From: Octopus vulgaris
Taxonomy: Eukaryota
Length of the DNA: 64,000 nt
Assembly: GCA_951406725.2 (NCBI GenBank)
Contig: OX597815.1
Location: 108,934,001 to 108,998,000, forward strand
Direction of reading: 5' to 3'
The notes beneath the pieces were generated by a model that was not told the DNA's origin, ran no database searches, and saw nothing but the letters and a program-made list of their open reading frames with translations. Position numbers and translations under genes: made by a program. Positions 14,301-28,069 of this stretch are shown piece after piece; position 1 is the stretch's first letter; each line of letters opens with the position of its first letter.

Positions 14301-14974
14301 GTCTAGAAGGAAGTTTCAGCCCACTCTAAGCCGAATGAATATTTTGAATATGAAGCACATTTACTCCTGGTTGTAGTCAGCAGAGAAATGGTAAAGCTTC
14401 GACAAATTGTCTAACTTAAATTTCAATAGGATTTTGTGTATTAGAGAATGTGAAGGTTATTGTTTTGATTACGCAGTGATCGGTCGGTATAACGGGTGCA
14501 AAAACGACGATGTTTATGTGAAATTTGAATTTAATGGTGAGGTACAACTCAAAGATAGTCAGTGTGTTCATGTGACTGCCAGAAATACTGAGAAGCTTCC
14601 ATGATATATTTGCGTGTGTCAGTATCTGTTAGTATGGTTGTTTTTACGACTCAGCATCCATGCTTTATTTTTATAAGCAATCCATTCATTATCTTGAGCA
14701 AATTTATATATTTTTTTAATGCTGGATTTTTACTTCAAATTTTACCTAAAGTTGGGGAAAACCTCTCATAGAAAGCATCCCGTATTTTTTCTGCTGTCTA
14801 ACATAGTTTATTTGGGGAAATTATTTCAGCTTCTGCAAAAACAAAATGAGTGCAGAGAAAGAAAATGACGTTACCGATAGCTTGTAGAACTGAAGAAAAA
14901 TGGTAAGAACAGAGGAAAACATTTTCGCTGATGTTAGGTAAAAATTTAAGTTGAAGATTAATTGTAAACTATAC

Positions 14975-15566
14975 CTGCATGAAAGGATGTCACCCAGTCG
15001 GATACATTCTGCTCATTTATGGTTTCCGTAGGAGTATCAAGGTAAAACGGTAATGCACATATTAAACCCCCTATCCCGAAAATAAAAGAGCTGACAGCGA
15101 GAATTCTTGGCACATGTCCGTTACGAAAAATATGACTTATAAATAACACTACCAAAGAAAATCCTATGTCATTGCATGCCAAAATAAAGCCACTGCTTGC
15201 GCTGGAGAAATTGAACTGGCGTTCTAAGGTTGTCACCTGGGATACTAGGTATGGGCTGAGTGTTGATGAAGTGAGAATTGAACCCACAGAGAAGAAAATA
15301 AATGAATACATATTGTTGAGAGGTTGTATACAAGCAGGATGAAACGCTCCAATTCCACACTGAGTATCAGAATCGTCGCGATAGTCGTCATTCGTTCTTC
15401 GTTTTCTTTCCTTTTCTTCATTTTTGTAAAATAATAAAACTTCATCGCTTTCATTTGCCATTTTGCTTTCAGGCAGAAGATTTACTCGTTGTTCATTATG
15501 AGTCCGCATATTTCCTATTGGAAAGCAATCCTTTTCTGTTCTATCTGATCTAGTAAGTCCTTCCAT
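14975..15566 (-). CDS. SLCO/OATP transporter, first coding exon (exon 14975-15580, candidate ATG at 15566)
   Basis: Translation MEGLTRS...DTQCGIGAFHPACIQPLNN...SQVTTLERQFNFSSASSGFILACNDIG...HVPRILAVSSFIFGIGGLICALPFYL matches the OATP N-terminus and TM1-3. Acceptor tttcag|GAACCC at 15580 and donor GCAG|gtatag at 14975 (phase 1). The true start ATG is uncertain because later in-frame Met codons exist. Confidence 0.92.
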
Positions 15567-15649
15567 TATTGTATGGGTTCCTGAAATAATAAACATGTAA
15601 AGTTACAATATGTACGATATCATTCACGGTAATGTGTGAATAATATTCC

Positions 15650-16060
15650 TAAGGTCAACTTTTACTCACTCGCGGCCAAATTGATGCTTTACCACTAATT
15701 CGGTTTTAGCTCAATCTTAATTCGGTTTTATGTACTATGATGAACCAACATTTTAACATAATATAATCGAAATTTGGTTCAGTAGTAAAAAAGGTCTGAT
15801 AAAAAATGCAGGGCCAAAAATGGGAGAGTAACGCCTGATATTTACTTTGACTCGTAATTTCTCAGTTATACGAAAAGCAAACTATTCTTTAAATAGTGTT
15901 TTACAAGAACTCGATGAATAGAATATTTTGGTGAACATCTTGTAAAAAGATATGAGATAGAAAGAAAGTTATGCAGCTATAAACAGCCCAAAACTTGGTA
16001 AGTAACGCCTAAAATTGATTTGGCTCAAAATATCTCAGGTATTTCAAAAGCAACTATACT
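15650..16060. repeat. Dispersed repeat, duplicated at ~17830-18290
   Basis: caacttttactcactcgcggccaa...aatcgaaatttggtt...tttactttgactcg...aagaactcgatgaatagaatattttggt occurs in both places. Confidence 0.8.
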
Positions 16061-16064
16061 TTAA

Positions 16065-16540
16065 TCTCTATATATATAAAACTGAGAATGTGTGTGTGTG
16101 TGTGTGTGTATCTGTCTGTCTGTGTGTTTCCGTAAAACTTGAGAACTACACAACCAATTCCATTCAAATTTTACACATGCTTTACTTAGGGTCCGGGGAG
16201 TGTCATCGGCAAATAAAATGTTCAACTTCTTGCCTAGGGCGAGCCCACAGCAATATTATATCTTCCCCACTATGATTCCCTAAAACTTGAGAACGACACA
16301 ACCAATTTCATTCAAATTTTACCCATGCCTTACTTAGGGTCCATGTAGTTTCATGGGCAAAAAAATGTTCAGCTTCTTGCCTAGGGCGAGCCCATAGCAA
16401 TATCATATCTTCTCCACTTTTTCAGTATTACGTGTTAAAAGTGAAACAAAAACATTTCTCGATTTTATGTCAGATACTTTCACTTTAACAATAAAAATTA
16501 GAGATAGTAACAACAATTGAATTATATGTAGTAAGTAATT
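16065..16540 (+). mobile_element. Non-autonomous Helitron-like 5' region with a 148 bp internal tandem duplication
   Basis: A|TCTCTATATATATAAAA followed by a GT/CTGT microsatellite, a typical Helitron 5' end. The unit at 16133-16271 is repeated at 16281-16418. Confidence 0.65.
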
Positions 16541-17131
16541 ATTAAAATTAAACTAAAGTATAATATAATAATTTAATCGTAACATAATAATTAAAAGTAA
16601 AAATAGCAATTGGTATAAAATTGCATCAATGACTCGAACTTGAATAAGTGGTTTCATATGAATAGGAATAAATAAAAAATAAAATTTAAGTGCAGAAATG
16701 GAATAGTCCAGATGGAACTGTGCACATACCATTTACCACGGCTTTTACATTAGATTATCTGCTAATTAGCTAGCATTAAGTATCTATATGAAGTTTGACT
16801 GTATGTAATGTCTGTTTTCTCGAACAGACGCTTCTACTGAGTACTGCTTGGTTTATTTCTGATCCATAAAGGACGATAGCTTCAACTGAGTACTGCTTTT
16901 TGATTCGCCGTAAGGTTTGTTGTAATTATTATTACTGTTTAGCTATTGTTATCACGTTTGTTGGTTTCTCGTAAGGAAAGCATTGCTGTGTTGCATTTGT
17001 TAAATAATTGTAAGCCGTAACCCTCCCCTTTTTGGAGAAAACCTTTGGTTATTGTTTAAAAATTGAATTGTGTCCCTGTTTGGGGAAATTGACAATATTT
17101 TCACCGTTTATACGGAAGCATTTTTGTTAAA

Positions 17132-17680
17132 ATGTCTTCGATAGAAGAAAATCCCAAAATGAATTTCGCTGCAGCCGTCGGCGGGCGCGAACTCATTAAA
17201 ATTAAAATGGAAGAAATACAAGCCTTTTTTGGATTGATCACCAACAAAGACGATGAATCTAGGATAACACCATCAAACAAAATAAAAAATTAAATTAAAG
17301 AAAAGACTATTGTCTATAAAGTATACAATGTAGAGAAAAAAGATTTGAATACCTGGAGGAAAGCACCATTGAAAAGTGTCTTGGTGCGACTATGAAAGAT
17401 ATCAAGTATCTATCCAGAGGCGGTAAATTCGCCACAATAGAAGCAAGGTTCGAGTCAACGGAGCATGCAAGGGAGTACTCGACTCGAACCTTGCAAAGTG
17501 GAAATATTTTATTTTTACTTTTATATTTGGGACGTAGGATGTCCCGGATAAAAATTTAAAATGTCCCCCCAGAAGTAGAGGTAGGCTGGATTGTAGCCAC
17601 ACTTCTATACAAGAGGGAGGAAAGATACAATTGATCGAAATTGCAAGAGACGGGCCAACAATTCCAGTCTGTTATATATT
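17132..17680 (+). mobile_element. Decayed LINE ORF1-like coding relic (L1/Tx1-like)
   Basis: MSSIEENPKMNFAAAVGG...KTIVYKVYN...YLSRGGKFATIEARFESTEHAREYS...LYLGRRMSRIKI*NVPPEV, with stops. The FAAAV and I-x-NVPPE motifs resemble non-LTR ORF1. The clade assignment is tentative. Confidence 0.45.
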
Positions 17681-18299
17681 TTAAGTGTTGTTATCACTAG
17701 CGATATCAAGATATAACTTTGTATTTTGTATTTTATGTGTAGATGCATATATATAGATGTACATGTAATATGTACACATATATACATGCACTAGCACTAT
17801 GACCTGGCAACGCCGGGTCATCATGCCAGTATGTTTTAAAAAGAACTCGATGAGTAGAATCTTTTTGTGAAAACCCCCATAAAAGATATTAGATATAAAA
17901 AAGTTATGCAGCTTTAAGTGATGAAAGAAGTGATATGTTGTTTCCAACTTTTACTCACTCGCGGCCAATTCAACACTTTATCACTAATTCAGTTTTATCT
18001 CAACCTTAATTCGGATTTTTGCACTATAATGGACCAATAGTAAGCTACAGTTTGGCATAAAATAATCGAAATTTGGTTCTATAGAAAAAAGTTATAAAAA
18101 ATGTAGTGTCAAAAATGAGAGAGTAATGCCTAATATTTACTTTGACTCGAAATTTCCGAGTTATTAAAAAAAACTATACTTTAATTATAACTATTTAAAA
18201 GAACTCGATGAATAGAATATTTTGGTACAGATCTCGTTAAAAGATATTGGAAAGAAAGTTATGTAGCTTTAAGTAGCCAAAATATTGGTGCAAAAAGTT

Positions 18300-19560
18300 C
18301 TAGGCCGCAGTGGAGTCTTCATTAAGGAGCAGCCACAAGAATTTGATAGCAGTGTGTCATGGGAGGCATACTGAGTCCAGTTTGAGCTATTGGCTGACCA
18401 GAATGGATGGGACGATGGGCAAAGAACAGTTCAGCTTGCTGTTAGTCTAAAGGGAGATGTACTTGAGGTACTGAGCCAGTTGCCTGTGGAGGACAGAAGC
18501 TGTTATTCTTCCTTAGTTGAATTGCTAAAGAAAAGATATGGCATTTTGTGCCATATCTTTTAAGTGTACAGTAACGATTTCAGACCTGCGTAAGAGCTAG
18601 AGAAACACTAGAACAGCTTGCCTAGAAACTTTTTGCTCTTCTTCTGAAAGAGCAGTTTATGCACGCTTTGGGCGGTACATAGCTCTAAGTTCAAGTGAAA
18701 CAGGCATTGCCTAGAGCTCTGGAATTTGAGTCATATGTAAGGATTTGCACCAGAAGATTCTAGGTGGGCTACAGTTCCGGATTCAAAGTAAGGAAGTACG
18801 TGAAGCAGGAAGAAAATTTAATGAAAGTTGTTGGTGCTGCAAGAAGGTCGGACATAAAAGAAGAAAGAATAAGAGATTGTTGGAATACATTGTTGGCACT
18901 GTAGGAAGCCAGGACACATGATGCAAGATTGCTACAGCTTGAAGGGAGAGCAAAGGGAGGACGGCAGTAAAAAGTCCACACTTACGATAGAGTGTTGGAC
19001 ATGTGGTGAAAAGGAACATCTCAGTTTTGACTGCCCTATACGAAAGAAGGATAGTAAGAAGGTAACGAAAAACAAAGGAGAGTTGGAAAACTAAAAGGTG
19101 TTGGCGTTAAGGGGCAACCGCTAGCCGAATATTCCAAAGAAGTCCCAGCCCCGAGAAGATGTAAAAGGACTGTAATTGACAGCATACAAGTAGATGGTAG
19201 AATTGACGGCCAGAAGTGTCGCCTTGTGATTGATTCGGCCTCGGAGCAGACTTTTGTGAGACCCAAGATGCTATAGCATCGAGACCTACCAGAGTCACCA
19301 CGGCAGTTGTTATCGGACACTGTACTGAACTGAAAGAACCGGTTGATGTCCTGATTGAAGTTGCAGGACAAAAGGTCGTGCTTCCAGTCTACGTGGTGAA
19401 GATGAAGTATCCTTGTCTCTTAGGTCTGGACTACTTGGCGTATATGAGGTGTCTAGACTTCTGCTCTTTGAAGTTTTGGGTGAAAAGAAGATTAGTCATT
19501 GTCAAGGTAGTAAAGTGAACTATTGCTGGTGGTGAGGTGAAAGCGTTACGGACGACTGCT
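18300..19560 (+). mobile_element. Gypsy LTR retrotransposon gag-protease relic
   Basis: FDSSVSWEAY*VQFELLADQNGWDDGQRTVQLAVSLKGDVLEVLSQLP (gag), a degenerate zinc knuckle CGEKEHLSFDC and protease QVDGRIDGQKCRLVIDSASEQTFV. Many stops. Confidence 0.85.
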
Positions 19561-19994
19561 CCAGTGTAGTGTGAAGCACACTGCAGTTTTCTAGTCGACC
19601 TTGTCTCCTAATTCATTAGATTTCTCATTGCTCATAGCTAATGCTTTATATTTTTTCTATTATTGCCCTCTTAATTTTTTTCTGATAAATATTAATTATA
19701 AAATGGATTCTAATTGGGCAGATTTCATAAGACTCAATTTAGAATTTCTAACAAAAATGAATAGGCATGAACTATTGATCAATAAGAAATGAAATATGCA
19801 AAAGTAAGCTAAATTTATTGTTAGAATAAAAATTATCAAATTTTCTGCATAACCTATAAAAAAAAAAGTGGACTAGAATGAAAAGTGCGAGCAATGGATA
19901 ACAATATTCTTAGGTAATTAATAAACCTGGGAAAATACAGGACAAGGAGAAAGCCTAAAATAAAATAAAAGAACTTAAAATATTGCAGCTAAAA

Positions 19995-20980
19995 TAAAAT
20001 TCCCCCTCTCAGTCCGCTCTTGTGTTCAGTTTTATACACTAATGACCTAATTCTCATCCACATCTGACAACACCCACACTTAAGCAGACGACAGCTATCT
20101 TACACACTTCTATAACTTTCCATGACCATGCGTCATTCGAACGCAACCAAGACACATCAAGCCTGGTTTGATTACATAAATTGACATTGAGAGAATCTTT
20201 CTTTGGGGTTCTGTACTGACCTTGTTTCTGTCGAAAGCGAAATTCTCAAACACTTCTCATTTCAAGAAAATACCATCGCATCACACTCCCACTAAACATT
20301 AGTGATACTCAGTTACAGCCCCCACCCCCAGTTATTCCAAAAGCTGGACTCACTATCACCGATGATCACTCCTGGCAAAAGCGCATCCTTAGCCGAGTTA
20401 TGACAGAATCCCAAAGACTAGCTCTTCTCTTTAGGGCCAGAAGGTATTTCAGCCTTCAGTAGCTGCTGGAATTCTACAAAGCGCAGGCGAAATCCACAAC
20501 AGAATACTGCTCACATATTTGAAACGATGTTACATCTATGCACAAAGACATTCTACGTCACGACCAGACATGGGTTACTCGACTAATTGGAGTTCAGTTA
20601 CTAACGGACACTACTTAACTTCTGACTCTCAGGGGTGCTGTCACCTATCTGCCTTTTCTATCATTGTCATGATAATCTCTGTTCCTCGGAGCTGGTTTGT
20701 CTCGCATCCCAACTACTCACGCACCTACGACCTACTCATCTTTCCATCTATGCCCAGACCAGCCTCCACTACCCAGAATATTCATTCAATCCTCTCAGTT
20801 AACATTTACTATCCAGTATACCCAGACTATTTCCAGCAGAATATCGGTCCTTTGGAAGCACTTCTCTGTTCATATCTTTCCTGCAGGAGTTGAACTACAA
20901 CAGCTCAAATTCAGAATACTAACGACATCAAACTAACCGGTTTCTCAAGGTATGCAAAGGTCATTGGCAATACCCACTTC
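19995..20980 (+). mobile_element. CR1/Zenon-like LINE 3' relic
   Basis: ADDSYLTH (YADD-like) and SQRLALLFRARRYFSLQ*LLEFYKAQAKSTTEYCSHI. Confidence 0.65.
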
Positions 20981-22984
20981 TCAAGGCTCATCAAATGAGA
21001 ATATAAGAAAGAAAAACATGTAGAGAGTCTCAAGTTGATAGTATCAAAATTAAAGCTTCATTTTCTGTTTTAATCGGATATTTGTCGAAAATCACGTGAA
21101 ACTATTACGTGAAAATCTCAAGAATCTAATTGCAATGTAAAATTCTTTAATTTGTCTGTAATACTTCCATGTCAAACAAAATAGAATAAAATGGCTTCCT
21201 AGCTGACGAAAGGAAAATTTTATATCAGAGTATATGATGAAATACTGCATTTGAAAGTAAGTGAATTAAAGGATGGAAGCTGAAGTTAACTGACTGTAAA
21301 TATGGAATAAGGTCGATCACATAGAAGGACCATTTCCTCTGACCTTTATAACTTCCTCCTCTACTCATCTATTTTCCCCCATTCTCTCCATTTCTCTCTC
21401 TCTCTCTCTTTCTCCATCCTACAGTCTTTCACTCTATCCACATTCCACTACCCACCATGTTCTTTTGCCAACTTCACCTTTGGACATATCTCCTCATTCT
21501 ATTTCATATTCACTCTAAATTTTATTCGGTTTTGTCTCATTTCCCTTTTCAAATTATGCTCATCTTTTTCTCTTTTCTATTATTTTATTCTCACCATCAA
21601 TTCATAATTTTCCATTTCTCTTTGTCTCTGTTTCTCTCTCGTGTATTTCATCTCCTCTTCTTTTTATTTTTCTCTTTCTCTCAATTATCCATTATTTTTA
21701 GATATTCCCCCACCTATCTCTCTGTTTGTCTCCTCCCTGTTTTCTCTGCGCTTTACGTATTTTCTCATTTCCATCATACCTAGTTCTATCAATGGTAATC
21801 ATACGCTACACAAGCACACGGCAGGACATAACGCATTGCACGCGCATTTTTCTCTTTAAGAAGTTAAAACAACTCATACAGTGAATAAAAGGCAACATAG
21901 TTTCATAAAAATTAATCTGTGATATTCAAAAAATTTACAGACGAATAATGGTACATCCGCTTCTTAAAGATTAGTCTGTTATATATTAAAATTTACATGA
22001 CAATAATGATATATTTGGAAAATAGCTTTTTTATGCAGGCACAATGTTTTGAGAAGTGAACAGACGATGTCATCGATTCCAGTTGCAGACTTCAGCTCAC
22101 TACGGCAAACTAATGAGATTTTCGTAAGCTATACAGTTATTCGTTCCTTACATACTTTATTCATTTATTCATTATGTTTCAAATTAAGTATTTTTGACAT
22201 AAATGAAAATCTGATTTATAGTCAAACCACCAGTTGATTTGACTAGTTATCATTCTAATAAATAGTCTCATAAACAATTCATATTAGAAGAAGGAAGATG
22301 ATATCCATATCTAAACTAAGAACGAAGATAAAATAAAATCGAGTGTTTGTCTATCAAACTTTGCTAAGAAAGTCATTAAGTTTGCGGAGAAATCAAAACA
22401 AGTGTGAGTGTTTGTGTGTGTGTATGTTTGTGTGAGTGTGTGCATGTTTGTGTGTGTGTCAGTCTGTGTGCGCGTGCACATACATACATACATACATACA
22501 TACATACATACATACATACATACATACATACATTGAGACATCTGTAATTACTCTATCCAGATTACAAATTCAGGTTTATACCTGTAATTACTGGAGCCCT
22601 GGGATATGTAACACACTGCCTAAATACCAATCATGAGAAATTAGGCTTCTCAAAACCAGAAAGGAGAAAGCTAATTCGAAGACTACAGATCCAATCCATC
22701 ACTAGAACTGTAAATATCTGTAAAACTTTCCAGAAGTTTATCATTTAAATATATATATATGAGCATGTATAGATATGCAACTATATGCATGAGAATACAA
22801 TGCATAAAACATACAAATCTGCACATACATACATACATGCATACATACATACATACATACATACATACATACATACATACATACATACATACATACATAC
22901 GTACGTACATACGTACGTACATACATACATACATACATACATACATACATACATACATACATTCAAAAATACCTTGTTGATGAT

Positions 22985-23033
22985 GAAATTCCAATGAAGG
23001 AGCCTTGGATCTAGGTTAGAAACCGGTTATTTC
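22985..23033 (+). ncRNA. Hammerhead-like motif with a mutated core (CCAATGA)
   Basis: gaaat-t-CCAATGAAGG-agcct..aggtt-A-GAAA-CCGG-TT-atttc. Stem I and a palindromic stem III are present, but G5 is replaced, so it is probably inactive. It lies next to (ACAT)n. Confidence 0.35.
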
Positions 23034-23099
23034 TCTATTAGCAAGAAATCTCGAAATAAACTGAATAATGGCATATATTGTCCTTGAGATTGCACCTAG

Positions 23100-23365
23100 A
23101 AAGTTACCCTCCGATGTACAAATCCAAGAAAGCTTATTTCTGGAAGACTAGTTTTCTTTCTGTATGTCACCGATGTTATCCAAAGCAAAGACAAAGGCTG
23201 ATACAGATTGGCACCAGTGACGTAGCAACTCATTTCTATAGCTGAGTGAACTGGAGCAACGGGAAATAAAGTGTGTTGCTCAAGAACACAACACAAAGCC
23301 CGGTCAAGGAATCAAACTCACTACCTCATGATTGTGAGTCCGACGCTCTAGCCTGTGAACCATAT
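23100..23365 (-). mobile_element. tRNA-derived SINE, third family
   Basis: Minus strand: GCGTCGGACTCACAATCATGAGGTAGTGAGTTTGATTCC (tRNA-like head), then GTGTTCTTGAGCAACACACTTTATTTC...CACTCAGCT (CORE/V-like block). Confidence 0.7.
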
Positions 23366-23449
23366 ACTTTCATATACATAAATGTACACATTCATACATA
23401 CAAGCACACACACATACGCTCGTATGTACATACATACATCCTTTAATGT

Positions 23450-25340
23450 CACATTGTATCACTTAGATAACATCTGCTAATCAGTAAATAAAGAGATGAA
23501 TACATTACATGCATACTTAAAAGTGAGAGAGTAACATCTTCAGAGTTAAAGATAAACTAATGAGCAGGTTCTCTGAGAATACAAATGTCCCATGTGACCT
23601 GAAGGAGGCCTACCTAAACAGAAGCTCGAAGGAGAAGCAGGTATCATACCATCAAAAAGCAATGCATGGATACATATCCCGTAAGTGAGGGAGCAACGCC
23701 AGTATTGCCACGAAGAATAGCCTCTCCTGGACCTGCAATAGATATTGGGTCATCACATAAATAATGCGGTTTTTTTTATACTTCTTTTATTTTTCAAAAT
23801 TAAGGTAAAGTTCTTTTTTAAGCTAAAATATATACTCCTTCATATTCTACAATACTCTTCCATCTATCTGGTAGACTTGCAAAGCCCCTCTTCCAAAATT
23901 CATTTGTCTGTGACGAAAAATACTCCTTCAGTACTGTTCTGAAGACGTCTACAGAATTGATATTTTTCCGTCCAAATGATTTCAAAGACTGTGGAATAAA
24001 TGATAATCAGATCGGACAATTTACGGCGAATATGGTGGGTGGGGCATCGTTTCCCATTCAAACTGCTCCAGCCTTTGGAATGTCATCCTCGCTGTAGGTA
24101 GCCGAGCATTATCCTGATGGTAGAACAGCTTTCGTCTTCAAACGAAAGATGGTCGTTTTTCTTCTAGCTCAGGTGTCGATGAATCGTTGAATGACCAAAT
24201 CCAAGCTTCTCTGCTAGTTCCACAAAATTTACGATGGTATTTTCTCCCACCAGGGTTTGCAGGACGTCCTCGTCGAGCTCTACAGACCTTCTAGGACGAG
24301 GCTTGTCTTCTAGGCTGTAGTTTCTGGCTCGGAATTTCTGAAACAACCGCTGACACTGGGTTACGCTTGTTGTCCGATCCCCATATACTGCATTAATATT
24401 CATCGCACTTTCCGTCGCGTTGTTGTCTTTATTGAACTCATAAAGTAAAATATGCCGAATATGCCACTTTGTCACTTCCATTATAGTTTTGAAAAATAAC
24501 TTAAAATCGAACTGCACTCTTCAAAACTAGTACTAAGAATAAGTATAAGGCAAAATTACACCTGCTTTAATAGCAAGTTGATGCAGGGAGTTTATCCTAT
24601 CCTCTTGCGACTTTTAGTTCATACTATTGAAAAAAAGCACATTATTTATGAGATGACCCAATAATTACATCACGATCTAGAAGGATATAGTTTCGCTATC
24701 CATGAACAAGAGGTAGCTACCAGACACCTGATAAACAAGAGGGACAAATATATCTCTAAACCTCTACCGTTGTGGAGGATATCGCCCACTTCATTAATAG
24801 CTGCCCCAAAATGTCTACAAAATAATAGCTGTCCCTGAGACATGATATACTTGCAAAGGTTATCTACAACGCTATCCGCAGGAAGAATTTCCTTGACATA
24901 ATGTTAGTATGTATTAAGTTCATATTGTCAGAACCAGCACGTATTCATGCCTATAAAAACAAGGAATACTGGTATCAATTCGGTGTTAACATAACATACC
25001 TGATATTTTTCTGCGGAACAAGGAACAAAATTCATGCACTGTTGTAGAGGTCAGCCACCCAGCGGATGTGTATGTACGCTGACAAGTCCAGGGAAAAGAG
25101 AAAATTTATGGTGTATTAATATGGATTTTACAGTTCTTGTACCTTGACTATGAATTCCCATTTGCTCCTATCATCATAGGCGCATTAGGCTGTGTACCTA
25201 TAAATTTACACAAAAACCTTGAAATACTAGGATTTTCGAAGAAAGAGCAAAAGAAACTGACTCTGATTCTCCACATCCAATTTATTAGCGTCACAGTGAA
25301 GATTTGTAAGTCATTCCTAAAATTCTCAATCTGAGATTCC
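23450..25340 (+). mobile_element. RLE-type LINE 3' relic interrupted by a mariner
   Basis: KAMHGYI and SLSWT lie left of the mariner. EGYSFAIHEQEVATRHL, EDIAHFINSCPKM, RHDILAKVIYNAI, PDIFL..VVEVSHPAD and PIIIGALGCVP lie to its right. Confidence 0.75.
23745..24661 (-). mobile_element. Internally deleted mariner (Tc1/mariner) element with intact TIRs and a TA TSD
   Basis: TA|TTGGGTCATCACATAAATAATG ... CATTATTTATGAGATGACCCAA|TA. Transposase N-terminus MEVTKWHIRHILLYEF..ATESAMNINAVYG..FQKFR..LEDKPRPRR and C-terminal HQDNAR...HPPYSP..SDYHLF. Confidence 0.93.
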
Positions 25341-25814
25341 TTAGATGGATAGATGCACACAATTAGATATGTGCATTGCCAGTTCAACCAACACACTAAC
25401 TCAACCACATTTCTACAAACACCGTGAAGTCTCTTAACTCAAAACGTTTTGGCATTTTTGTATATACACATAGACAAGGTCACATACACATGCGTCGTAT
25501 TCTCTTCACTCCTGATTAACAAACCTGATTAATTTGCGCCTTGTCCCAGTTGTTGACTCGTATTAAGTTCAAGGACAGGCATTCGCTGTATTATCTGAAC
25601 GTCAATCCAGTTTTGGTTTAAAATATCCCTTTTGCATCATTGTTTATAAAACTGACAAATGTCCTTGCTGAAGAGGTCGATTGGTTGCATCCAAAATAGT
25701 TGAATTTTAGACGAGGCCTACATAAAATCCTAAGTATTGTTGATAGTTTCAATTTAAAAACAAATTAAGGGAAACTGTAAGGGAATGACTGTATTAATAT
25801 TTCTCGCTACTAAA

Positions 25815-25995
25815 GACAAGGCCTGAAAATTTTTCTGGGGATGGGGTGGTTGGGAAGGTAAGTCGATTACTTCGACCCCAGTACTCAACTGGTGCTTAAT
25901 TTATTGACCCCGAAAGGATGAAAGGCAAAGTCGACCTCGGTGGAATTTGAACTCAGAACATAAAAACGCACGAAATGCGGCTAAGCATTTTGCCA
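25815..25995 (-). mobile_element. SINE family A
   Basis: gaccccgaaaggatgaaaggcaaagtcgacctcggtggaatttgaactcagaac. Confidence 0.85.
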
Positions 25996-26167
25996 CTGTG
26001 TATTAATAATAACCACAATTTATTCTCATCGTGTATTCGTCGTGGTCATGAAATGGTAACCGACATAATTAGCCTGTGTTTCTTTTTTTACCGGCTTAAT
26101 CACAAATCGGTTACTTATTCCCCTGACCACAGAGAGAGTAGTAGGTAATATCTTTTCCTATTATATA

Positions 26168-26565
26168 TCTTTATATATAAAAGTGAGGTTGTGTGTCTGT
26201 CTCCTACGATTTAGATTCCTAACTACTCTCACATTTTGCGGTGCAGTTTAACCAAAACCGGGTATCTTATAGTCGTGATTCATATCGAGCCCTTCTGGGT
26301 ATTAGCGTGCGTCTACGATGAGTCTACGATTTTAAAAATAATTTACCATAATTTTTTTCCATTTGAATGCATTTTCTCGCTATTATATAAGGGAAGTAAC
26401 TCTCTAAAAATGTCTACAATGAGTCAACGATTTAAAAAAAAATTTTCCATCATTTTCTTTCAATTTTTAATGCATTTTTTTGCTATTTTTTGGCTATAAC
26501 TCTCTAAAAATGCTTATATAGTTATTTCCCTTACAAACCCGAGCAACGCCGGGCGATACTGCTAG
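26168..26565 (+). mobile_element. Complete non-autonomous Helitron (~400 bp)
   Basis: A|TC 5' end, subterminal hairpin CCCGAGCAACGCCGGG, CTAG|T 3' end, no TSD. Confidence 0.85.
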
Positions 26566-26582
26566 TATATATATAAACAGTA

Positions 26583-26760
26583 AGGTGGTGAGCCGGTAGA
26601 ATCGTTACCACGCCGGTCAAAATGCATAGAAGTACTTCGTCCAGCTTTTAAATTCCGCCAAGGTCGACTTTTCGTGATCAATAAAATAAGTACCAGTTTA
26701 TCACTGGAGTGTTTGAAATCGACTTACTCTCTCTCCGAAACTGCTGGCCTTGCCAAAATT
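26583..26760 (+). mobile_element. SINE family A (degenerate)
   Basis: ggtggtgagccggtagaatcgtta...aaattccgccaaggtcgacttt...aataagtaccagtt. Confidence 0.7.
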
Positions 26761-27517
26761 AGAAACCAATATATATATAAACATAGATCTAAACTTTGCT
26801 CTTATTTAGCGCAAGCTTTGGCAACGTTGAATTATTATTATCGTTTTCTGTTTTTTTTAGACTGAGTATATTAAGTTAATCAAACCGTCTCCAGTTTTTG
26901 ACTGGTACTTTTTTTTACTCTAGAATGAGAAAAGCTAAAGATAGCTCCGGTGGGGTTTTAACAGAGGACGTTAAGAGTAAAAAAGAAAAAAAAATCCGCA
27001 AGTCATTTTAGTCAACACTTTAACGACTGACTGAGAAGCACCACATGGTGCTTTGATAAACGGATGTATAAAATGAATGAATTTATATAGGTGTATTTAT
27101 AGTAACCACTTATTGTTATCCTTATCAGGAAAATTTGGTGCCGTTGTTAAGTCACACGTTACTTTTTCCTTGTTGTGGCCAGAATGAAATGATCAACCTG
27201 CTTTTTATTTTTGTCACTTTTTTAAAAATCTGATGTTCTACCATGTAGAAGAGGGCAGAACAGATCAGTACTATGCCAGTTTGTAAATACTATAGATAAT
27301 TTTGGGCTACAATGGTAAGAACATTCCATATCTGATCTCTGATGAAACTGTAAAAATGACTGAAACTAGATAAATCGATATATTTTTCTGGCCATAGAGG
27401 ATTTTGTTTTAATTACAATGTTTAATTTCCTGAGCGAGGAATCTCTTACTTTCCTCTATCTCTCTTTTTCTCTCTCTCTTTCCCCTTTCTCTCTCTGTCT
27501 CCGTCTGTCTCTCTCAA

Positions 27518-27562
<45 letters not shown>

Positions 27563-28069
27563 TTCTCTATCGCTCTTTCTCTTTCTCTTCAAGTGTTATA
27601 CCCGTCTTTTAGGTGATCGCTAACCTCCTCAAAGTTTAAAAATCCGCGATTTTTCTTGAGAAGCATTTAGATGTAGTTTCCCGTTTTACCTTCCGCATAG
27701 TACCTTTTGAACCGCTATGCAGGACACTGCTTCACGTGACGTTAGAACAGTCCACACCCGAGGTGGCGATGCTTCACGCCGCATGTTCCATCCCTTACAT
27801 TAGTAATAGAGCCATCTTCTGTCATTTAATCCATGATTGTAGGCTTGAGAAATATTGGTTCCAAATGTTGGCACAAAGCCAGTAATTTCGGGTGAGGAGG
27901 TAAGTCGTATTGTAGGATAACACTTGTCAAAAGTGTCACTCAGGGAGACTGAACCAGAAACCATGTGGTTCAAAAGCAAACCTTTTACCACAGAGCCACA
28001 CCTGCGCCTATAAACATGGTTCGTATTTGCATAGCAATATAGATCGAATACACAGACATTATTGAAATA

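Noticed and set aside
14958-15596. ORF-track boundaries for the SLCO ORFs
   Set aside because: The ORF ends run into introns, so splice-site-defined coordinates were used.
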